This document shows positions 26,491 through 36,166 of a stretch of 64,000 nt of DNA, in pieces. Position numbers and translations under genes: made by a program. Within the stretch, counting starts at the first letter, position 1. Every line of letters begins with the position of its first letter. Location: NCBI GenBank assembly GCA_043228905.1, contig JBHGNT010000016.1:13454001-13518000 (forward strand). The letters are read 5' to 3'. The notes below the pieces were generated by a model. That model saw nothing but the letters and a program-made list of their open reading frames with translations. It did not search any database and was not told where the DNA came from. Source of the stretch: Azolla caroliniana (taxonomy: Eukaryota; Plantae; Polypodiophyta).

Positions 26491-27361
26491 GATCCCCCGT
26501 TATGCCTCAGAACTGAGTAGGCTTGATCATTGCAACATACGAAGGGGTCAAGGTGGATTGGTCGGTGCTGATCGCCAACGGATTGTGTGCGGCTATTGAC
26601 ACTGTAAGAGGTAAGGAAGCCAAAGAAGGCCGGAAAATATGGCATGCAGTGGCACAATGGCTCGCCCTATTGGCACCACCTGTCGAGCCTGTCCAGACCA
26701 AGAAGCGGGGAAGAGTAATGGATGGCACCCCGAAAGCTGCTTCAAAACGACAGTAGTTGTTGGCTACCAAGAACACTAAGGGGAAGACAGCCGACACGAA
26801 GCAGGAGGCGAAGGAGCACGCCATCCGGAAGCAGCCGACGGACAAGTAGGAGCAGACACCGGCACAACCCCTGAAGAGCACACTCCGCCGACCGGTGCAG
26901 CAAGAAACGGACACCCTAGCGGTAAGAATGAATGCCGGAACTCGGGAGGAGGAAACAGAGGAAGAACCTACGGAGCACCTCCAGAGGCGGCCGAAGACGA
27001 GCACCGCAGAATCAACCAGGAGGCGTTCAGACCCACAGAAGGATGGAACGCCTTTACCCCACACTGAGAATCCCACGCTAGGGGAGGAACCGAAACCGGT
27101 TCGGATGGACCCGGTCTCAAAAGCCCGTGCACAACAGGCAATACCGGCGGGTCAAGAAAGGGCAAGCCCTGAAACACAAGCGCCGGTAAGGCATGTGCCA
27201 CCTTCCTCAACCGGCCAATAACAAGTAGAACAAGAGCGGCCAGCCGAAACACAACTGGAACCTGAATAGCAAAGTGGTCAGCAGGCAGTGCCGGAATTGC
27301 AGCTTGACCTAGTTAGGCAGGACCGGCCACTGCCAAGTAAACCCACCAACCAACCCTCCGT

Positions 27362-28060
27362 TGTCGCGTTGTTACGCGTGTGTGTGGAGAAAGGCGGGAC
27401 CACGGGGGTCTTGGACTAGAGAGCGATGGAGCGTAGGAAGTCGTGCTTCAGTGTTTCCGGGGCATCCCAGAAACGCACCGGAAGCAACCGAAGGGAGAGA
27501 GAGATAGAGAGAGAGAGAGCTTAACACCGACTCACGCCTTATGTAATCACCCGACGCCAACAGCAACGCGAATATACACAGACAAACGTAAACGTATATG
27601 TATGTATATATATGAAGAATACATTCCTGGCTTCCAGCCGAGCCAAGGTAGCTTACAACAGTCACCTGCTGTCAAGCCGCCGTCGGGGAGCTCTCGGGCT
27701 CGTTGCGCCGAGCGGGGTCTTGCACAGGAGATGAGCTGCAGCGAACCCTAAGCGAACACAAAGGAGAAGAAGAAGAAGAAGCTAACTCTAAACCTAACGG
27801 TATACCCTCTAATGCAAAATGGGCAACCCTTACACAAAGGGTGTTCCCTTCCTTTTATAGAACAAGGAAAGGGATGCGTTATAATGTGGGACAAATCCTG
27901 CCTTACATGGGATCGTCTGCCCCGACTTGATTACTCTTCGACGCCATAAAGGCGCCCTCGATATTCACACTAAATGTACATGGGTGCGTACACACGCTGC
28001 ACCCTGCCGATGTAGCCAATGTTTCCCGGTTTCTGCCTCTTGCCGAAATTCTTCACGACA
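27362..28060 (-). repeat. 3' LTR of E
   Basis: TGTC..GACA termini; direct repeat. Confidence 0.93.
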
Positions 28061-29869
28061 TCCGCCCCCACCTAACTGCACGTCCACCGGTACGTGCCAA
28101 ATCTTGTTGAAGGGTGAGAGATTTCGGCCGGTGAGAAACCGGTCTCCCGTGATCCGCATCTCAGCTCGCTGCCAGTTTGATCCGTCGGCTTCGAGTCTTC
28201 CTTCGCGCTCGCCTCCCCGTAGGCTCGTTCGACCCGTCGGTAGGTCCTCTGCCGCGATCTCCGTAGTACTCGTACTTCCGTTGGCCCTTGTTCGACCGTA
28301 TGAACGCCCCGTTTCCCGTTGTAGGCCTGATGTCCTCCGCTTAAGGCATGCCCGTAGTGGCCCGCTTGGCCTCCGTTGACCAACCGTGATGTCTTGATGT
28401 TGTTTCGAGTTGGCTTCGTCTTTTCGCCGCCACCTTCCTTCTCCATGGTCTTACATTGCCGCGTCGGCTCGAACCGCCATGGTCTCTGGAACGGTGTGGA
28501 GGATCCCTTTCCGGTCTTCTCCGCGCTTGCCTTCCTGCTCCGGCACCTCCATGTGCCACATACCCTTGACCGTTGTTTGGCACTGCCTGTCCCGTACCCC
28601 GGTTCATTGCACGCCTCGTCGGCCCCTTTCCCGGCCAGATCGTGCATCACCGCTCACCCGCATACCGGTGTCCTTTGCATCCGAGGAACACCCTGTCCAC
28701 ACGAACCACCGCCGGCTTCCGGCCCACCATCCTCGCCGAATGGTCTCGAACCGTCGGCGCCATCCGATCCGCCACACTCGACGATGTTTGCCAAGTCGTT
28801 GCCTCCACCTGATCCGCCACGTCCACCGTGGGTCCTTGAACCACCGACTACATCCAACCCGCCATATCCGATGCCCGTGCTTTCCTCCCCGTTCAGTCCT
28901 CCCGAATGCCGTCGCCGACCCGGTTGCTCTTCCTTTGTCCACCTCGTAACTCCCCCGGATGCGCTCCCGGTCGCATGCCGGATTCCGCCCTTTGCGTGCC
29001 GCACACCTCGGCGTGCCGACTTTCTCCGCTCCGCGCTTGCCTTCCATAGGCTTTCCCCGTATGTCGATGTTGCCCTCCGAATGCGTGCTCATGCTTCGGT
29101 CCTTCAACGACCCCATCACGCGTTTTTCGCTTTCCCCCTTTTCGCCGTGCTCTCTCGCAGTAGAGCGTATCTTCATCCCGACCTCCGTGCCGGTGTCCCT
29201 CGAGGCTCTCGTTATCGCGTCGCCTCGCTTGGCCTTGTATGCCCTCCGGGAAGCCGCCGCACTTTCTCTTCCCGGCGTGTGCCCCGTTGTTCTCCGCGCA
29301 TCTCCTCCGTTTTCCTAGATACGACCCTCCGCTCATGCCGATCGCGCTCGGCCCATGTCGTCGATCTTGATGTTTCGCCGCACCATCCTTCGTCCCGCGT
29401 TTGCCTCTCGAAGGCTTGATCCGACCGTCATCGTCGGTCAATCGTTGACGCTCTCTCGGATGCATGCTCGTTCTTGGGCCCTTCCCCGACCGTAGTGCAT
29501 GCTTCGTGTTACGCCCTTCATCCGCCATAGACCCGACCTCCGCATCGGCCACTTCTTCCTTTGTCACCGTAGCCCGTTCCGACCCGAGCTCGCCATCTTG
29601 GACCCGCTCGTCCATTATCTCATACCGGATACCCGCTCCGATAACTTTGTCCTCTTTGGTCTTTTCGCACGTGCCCACTCCGGGCCTCTCATCCTCACGG
29701 CCACCGCCAATGCCGAACACCGTCCCGTAGTCACGCTTCGATCCGGCCCGCGATGGCCACTTGCGAGACTCTTGTTCTGTCCCAGGTGTGCCTTTCCGGC
29801 CTGACACACCTCCCCGTGTTTGCCCCTACCGGCTCCTTCCGAAACCTCGTGTCGTCGGGTCCTGTTCCC

Positions 29870-30393
29870 TGCCGCCACCGTCCTTCTCCCTTGGTCTTAC
29901 GTTGCCACGTTGGCTGAACAGCCGGAGTCTCCTGATCGGTGTGAGGGTCCCATAGGACCAGACTCCGTTTCTATGTTTGCCGTAATTCGGGTGTCTTTTG
30001 TTTGAGTCCCTCCCAGACTCTCCTCGTGTCTTCCGCGTAGTCGGGTCCCGTTTCTCGCCGCCACCAACCTTCTCTCTTAGTCTCATGTAGCCACGTTGGC
30101 CGAACTGCCGGAGTCTCTGGTTAGCGTGGGGATCCCGTAGGACCGGACTTCCTTACGCCCATAGCCTTCGTCACCTCGCCGCCACCGTCAGTATCTTGGT
30201 CTTACGTCGACCGCGTTGCCGACTGCCGAAGTCTCTAGAACCGGTGTGAAGGATCCTCCGTAGACCGCCCATCCGTAGCCCCTTCGCCTTCGTCACCTCG
30301 CCGCCACCGTCAGTATCTTGGTCTTACTTCGACCGCGTTGCCGACTGCCGAAGTCTCTAGAACCGGTGTGAAGGATCCTCCGTAGACCGCCCA
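29870..30393. repeat. Tandem array within E (four related units; last two nearly identical, period 122)
   Basis: GCCGCCACC...TTGGTCTTAC units near 29870, 30057, 30177 and 30300. Confidence 0.7.
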
Positions 30394-31451
30394 ATTTGTC
30401 TCCCTGACCCTATCCCGGGTCGTCCTTTTCCGCACGCCGAGAGGGCATTTTGTTCCGCACCCTCTCTCGTGGTACCAACGTACCGTGTCCTCGGCCTCTT
30501 CGTAGGCCAGCTCTCTTCCTCCCTCCCAGAATGGTCATCCGGGAGTCCGCTCCGCCCGGTTCTCGTCCGGGTCCGTTCGTCCTTCTTTCTCTCGACCTTC
30601 GCCCTGTCGGTCTTTCTCCCCATGTAAAAGAGGGCGGCTCGTCCCGCACCCCCTTCCGTATCAACCCTTTCATGCCGAATCCGGCCCCGATCGAATGATC
30701 CACGACCGGATTACGCTCCACCCGTATCGGAATGCCGATCTCCTCGTGCCGCGTCCGTCCTCGGCCTCCTCGCAGGCCGTTTCCCATCCGACTTCGCTGT
30801 CATCGTGCCAGGACTCCTCGGTACCGCCATCCATCTCCTCGGTCTTACATGGGCATACGGGCCCGAATGCCGACTTCTCCAGAATCGGGTCCAAGGGTTT
30901 CGTCCGTTCCTTCCCCGTATCGTCTCGCGGGTGATTCTTGGTCTATCGCCGCCGCCTTCCTCCGCTTGGGACTTACGTGGGCACTCGGGCCCGACTGCCA
31001 TCGTCTCGGGAGAAAATGTGGGAAGACACAAAGAATCGCCCGTCCGTTTTACGCCCTTGTCCGTAGCCACCGACTCTTCGTGGTCGGCGGTCGTCTTCTT
31101 ATCGATCGTGCAAGCCCCGTCTTGGCTCGCTTCTCCAACGACCGGGGTCTCGGGCTGACACGCCCGAATCCGCTGGTCCCAACGTTCTGGTTCCGCGATC
31201 GGTATCTCGGCCTCGTCCTTGGCCGTTCTATCTCCGCAAGTTGAGAGGGTGTTTCGTTCCGCACCCTCTCCCGTGGTACCGTGGTACCGATCTTCCGCCG
31301 TCGCGTGGCGCAAGTCCGTCTTCTCATTCTCGGCTTGCGGCTCCCGTCTTTCCTCTTCCTCGAGCATCGCCTTGAGAGCTGCATACGCCTCCGCAATCCT
31401 GGCCCCAACGTCGATTCTGGCCAACTCCCTTTGTCGTTCGGCCTCTTCCCG

Positions 31452-32094
31452 CTATGATGGCACGCCGTCGCGTACCTTCCTCTTAGCCTTCTCAGCTCGC
31501 TCGTTGTCTAGCCTTTGGCACACCCTTCCGACCTTCGACCAGTCCTCCGTAAGCCCATTCGCTCCGTCATCGTCTTCAAGCTCAATCCCGATGGCTTCCC
31601 GTTCCGCTCGGTCGATTGACCTGACGAACGAAAGGACTTTGTCCGCCCCCACCAAACCTTGTTCCCGCAAGCCGTCGCTCGAACTCTCGGAATGCCTTGG
31701 TCGCGCCCCGGTGGGTCTTTGCCGATGCTACCCACTGGTCAAAGTCGTGTCGTCCCCGGCTCTTCCGCCGTCCTCCGTATGCCTTCAGGAGCGCCTCTTC
31801 GAAGGCCTCCCACGAACTATGAGCATCACGGAGCTCCTTTATTTCCGCATGCATCCGGACAGCCACGACCCAACAGAAGAACTCCAGCCTCAACGCCTCG
31901 TCTACGCCACGCTCCTCCATTTCCGCGTTGTAGGCTTCCAAGTAAGATGGGACTTTGTCCCCGTTGAAACGGCCGACTCTTTCGACCACTCCCTCAACCG
32001 CCTGTTGCGCTGCTTCTCGCCTCATCACCACTCGTGCCGACTCCAACACCACTTCGGCCACCATCTCCGCAAGGTCGTCATCTTCCGACTCCAT
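31452..32094 (-). pseudogene. E gag-like ORF (frameshifted)
   Basis: RVGRFNGDKVPSYLEAY, DKVLSFVRSID and GLTEDW align with B/B'' gag (GQFNGKDVSRYL, NKVIMFLQAMD, GLTNTW). Confidence 0.75.
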
Positions 32095-32109
32095 CCTCCC
32101 TTGCCGCGT

Positions 32110-32127
32110 TTCACGTCGGGTTCACCA
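32110..32127 (-). promoter_or_regulatory. PBS of E (tRNA-Trp)
   Basis: Same 18-mer as the B PBS. Confidence 0.88.
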
Positions 32128-32131
32128 AAGA

Positions 32132-32828
32132 TGTCGCGTTGTTACGCGCATGCGTGGAGAAAGGCGGGACCACGGGGGTCTTGGACTAGAGAGCGATGGA
32201 GCGTAGGAAGTCGTGCTTCAGTGTTTCCGGGGCATCCCAGAAACGCACCGGAAGCAACCGAAGGGAGAGAGAGAGAGAGAGAGAGAGCTTAACACCGACT
32301 CACGCCTTATGTAACCACCCGACGCCAACAGCGACGCGAATATACACAGACAAACATAAACGTATATGTATGTATATATATGAAGAATACATTCCCGGCT
32401 TCCAGCCGGGCCAAGGTAGCTTGCAACAGTCACCTGCTGTCAAGCCGCCGTTGGGGAGCTCTCGGGCTCGTCGCATCGAGCGGGGTCTTGCACAGGATAT
32501 GAGCTGGAGCGAACCCTAAGCGAACACAAAGGAGAAGAAGAAGAAGAAGCTAACTCTAAACCTAACGGTATACCCTCTAATGCAATATGGGCAACCCTTA
32601 CACAAAGGGTGTTCCCTTCCTTTTATAGAACAAGGAAAGGGATGCGTTACAATGTGGGACAAATCCCGCCTTACATGGGATTGTCTGCCCCGACTTGACT
32701 ACTCTTCGGCGCCATAAAGGCGCCCTTGATATTCACACTAAATGTACATGGGTGCATACACACGCTGCACCCCGCCGATGTAGCCAATGTTTCCCGGTTT
32801 CTGCCTTTGGCCGAAATTCTTCATGACA
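32132..32828 (-). repeat. 5' LTR of E
   Basis: Direct repeat of 27362-28060. Confidence 0.93.
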
Positions 32829-34516
32829 CCGTGCAGATGCAACAATAGGGCACCGGTAGCCAATGGCTCTGGTGGATAGGAGAGCAGGTTGCCGGAGTGA
32901 TACTGTATGTAGAGGCGGAAGAACGAGCGCAGATGGAACGGTTGCTAGTCACAACCGATGAACTAGAGACGGCCCGGTCAAGGATCCGGTGCCTTGAACA
33001 AGACTTGGATCGGGTCACAGAAGACATGGCCAAAATGGCCTTAACTGCAACACAAATCCAAGCACCGGTGACTCTGGTGGATGTACAGAAAAAAGAAACA
33101 ACCACGCCTGTAAATACGAATAAGATCCCAGCGACAGAAACCGTCCTGGAGAAAGATGCGGAGCAAGCCCAAGAGCTTGCCGAATTAAGGGACAAACTTG
33201 CCGCACAAGAAGCATGATGGAGCTGCCAACGAGATGTGAAGAAAGCGAGAGAAGAGGAGTTAAAGAAGATTGTTGAAAACCTCCGCCGGGTAGAAGAAAA
33301 TCTGCTGAAAGGGCATCAAGCTTACGAACGGCTAAAGGAGGAAAAAGAAAAATTGCTATAGGAGAAGGACAAGCTGCAACGGATGGCGGAAACAGAAATC
33401 GAAAGGCTGAAAGAAGAACTCCGTCAACAAAAGGACCGAGAAGACCGCGCTTGCCAGCAAATCAACCAGCGGCTGAAGCAGAAGACAGAGGAGTTCGACC
33501 ACCTGCACCGGAACTTTAAGAGCTTGGACACGGAGCATAAGCAACAACAAGAAAGGATGGCCGAGCTCCGGCAGGGAGTTGATTGGGCCACCACGGCACT
33601 CGTCGACGAATGGGCTGAGAATACAAAGCTATTGGAGGAAGCGACGAGGGACCGGATGGAGCTCCACGAGCATCACAATGAAGAAAAGGAGAGGGCGACA
33701 ATGGTGTTACAAAGGTTGCAAACAACCTATCAAAGTCAATTGTTGCATTATAGGGAGTTGGAGGCGGATACGGTCAGAATCATCAAGGAATTTAAAGAGG
33801 AGCGACAAGCCGCGGAGAACAAATCACAGATGGGAACCGAACGGATCAAGTGCATCCTCCGGGCATGGCTAAAGAAGACCAAACGCTTGATTGACGAGAG
33901 CTCTGTGCGATGGTGGACGAAATGAGTGTAGAATACGGCTGAACTCTAGTTGCTCAGGGCGGACGCGAAAAACCGGCGGATGGAAGGTGACGACTGTTAC
34001 ATGCTCACATCGGGGACTTCACCACCATAAAGGATGAGCTGGCAGAGGATTTCACATCTCTGGCGGATGAGCAATTTGTGCAGGTCCAGCAACTAATAGC
34101 TCAACTGGATGACGATCGGAGGGAGGCTCAAATCTAGTTTGAGAGCTATGAGCGGTCCCGGCTTAGGGAAGAAAAAGCAAGGCAGGCGGCAGCGGTCAAC
34201 CTCAGTGATGAGGAACCGTCGCCGGTACAAGGACCAGACGGAAACCAAGCCGGGGTAAGTCAACCAGGGACAACTCCGACGGAGGAAACAACGAAGGAAA
34301 CGCTAGTGCAAGAGCAACAATCGGAGTCACAGCCGGAGTCGGAGCAGCCACCACAACAGTCAGCACACTAGCCACAGCAGCAACAATAGATTCCCGTCGA
34401 GCCATTGGAAACTCTGGAGCAAAGCATACTGGACATTTTGGACGAAGAGTAACAGGGCCAGATAATGGATTCGATGTACAAGGTACTGTCCCACGGGCGT
34501 GCCATGTGTTACCCGG

Positions 34517-34948
34517 TGTCATGATATGGCAAGACTCGAACCCATGACCTTATACTACATGGGTCGAGCTCTTGACCATTAGACTCTACATTGTAATACA
34601 TAGAATATTATTTTCATTTATGTTTCATTATAGAAAATTGATGTATATTCCAGATTTCTCTGGAACATTCTAGAAACTTCAGGAGTATTCCTTAGAACAC
34701 TATAAAAGGAGGCACAAGGCATTATTTCGAACCAAATCGGTTCAACGCTAGTCTGAAGCCTCCTAGCTACTGTACATTTTCTTCACATAATATATATCTT
34801 TTCTTATCATCACTATCTCTCTCTCTCTCAATCTCTCTCTCCCTCCCTCTCACTCACTCTTTCCTTCTCTCGAGAGTTCTTCACCTTTCTTAGTACTAAT
34901 ACTTCTTTTAGTACTAATTCCTTCTCTGTCTTAGTACTGTTCCTGACA
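34517..34948 (+). repeat. 5' LTR of F
   Basis: TGTCA..TGACA; TATAAAA at 34701. Confidence 0.95.
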
Positions 34949-35014
34949 GTTTGAACCTATTTTCCTACCTTCTGTCTCTCTCATTTCCTACTAATCTCTT
35001 ATTCCTCTCATCCC

Positions 35015-36166
35015 ATGGCCACTGTTAGCGCTGAAGAATATCAATCTGTTTTCTCGGAATTTCAATGCTTGAAAGAGAAGTTCCATGCTTTGGAACAAGA
35101 AAACCAACGGTTGTTGGGGGATCTTCAGCAAATCTCCTTAGAAAAGCAGCAAACGCAACAACAGCATGGGGAACTTGCATTACGCGTGCAACAACTCGAA
35201 GAAACCATCGTAGCGATGCAACAACAAGGGCCCGAAACACAAGGGATTCATAAAGAACCCAAGATTGGCCTTCCCACGAAGTTCGATGGAACGCGATCGC
35301 AGTTTAGAGGGTTCCTTAACCAGGTACGATTAGTTATTCAAATGCATCCTTCCCGGTATCCCACCGATGCATCACGAGTGGGTTTAGTAGGCACTTTGTT
35401 AAGTGGCCCAGCGTTGGCATGGTTCGCTCCACTATTAGAAAAGGAATCTCCGTTACTCAACAATTTTAAAGAGTTTCTAGGTGAGTTTAAAGCATGTTTC
35501 GGAGATACTGATAGCATCAGGACCGCAATCAACAAAATTCGGCGATTACGCCAAGGTGACCGTCCAGCCTCCGCATATGCTGCAGATTTTCGCCTACTCG
35601 CCGCTGATATCCCTTGGGATGATCAAGCGTTGATGGAGCAATTCCGTTATGGTTTACGCAACGACGTCAAGGATTTACTCTTGACCTTCCCCGAAGAGCC
35701 AAAGTTCTTAACAGAAGCAATCAGTTGCACGGTGAGATGTGACAACCGCCTCTTTGAGCGACGTTCGGAACGACAACTATAGATGCCGAGGGCAAGATCA
35801 GAGCCCACCTACGCCTCAGTGGTAGCAAGACCTTTTCCGAGGGAGTCATATAATGCGCCTCCAGCGAATACTCCGACTCCAATGGAAATTGACACTACAC
35901 GTCGTCGAGGGCCATTATCCGAAGAAGAAAAGCAGCGACGCCATACAAATCGACTATGTCTTTACTGCGGTGGACCAGGACATATTGCAATAAATTGCCC
36001 CCATAGGCCAAGAAGACAGGTAAACCAAATAGTCGCTAGTTCTAATTGTACTAAACCCGAGCATATTTCAGTAGGGATATCTGATAGTCCTAATAGTACT
36101 AATAGCCCAGATCTAGCAAACAGATTTGATGTCCTTAGTCAGTTAGAACAAGAGTTAAACGACTAA
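35015..36166 (+). CDS. F gag (in-frame TAG at 35780-35782) with zinc knuckle
   Basis: Retrotrans_gag-like region, [19 protein letters not shown]. Confidence 0.9.

Larger units (their letters stand above)
27362..32828 (-). mobile_element. Non-autonomous LTR element E (gag only, tRNA-Trp PBS)
   Basis: LTRs 27362-28060 and 32132-32828, 4-bp TSD CCGT, PBS 32110-32127, PPT 28061-28073; no recognisable RT. Confidence 0.92.
26491..34200 (+). pseudogene. K extra ORF, duplicated middle part and coiled-coil C-terminus (split by E)
   Basis: 26491-27309 duplicates 24027-24845; E/K/Q-rich heptad-like ORFs at 32897-33217 and 33383-33925. Confidence 0.6.

Noticed and set aside
29870-30393. CRISPR-like array (also considered 44012-44320)
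   Set aside because: Degenerate tandem units without unique spacers, eukaryotic context, no cas genes
27927-31424. Many long overlapping ORFs (e.g. 347 aa at 28376-29419, 304 aa at 28893-29807)
   Set aside because: High GC makes stops rare; the translations are R/P/S/G-rich with no recognisable domain
35774-35785. TMV-type readthrough signal at the gag TAG
   Set aside because: CAACTA lies before the stop, not after it, so the CARYYA rule is not met
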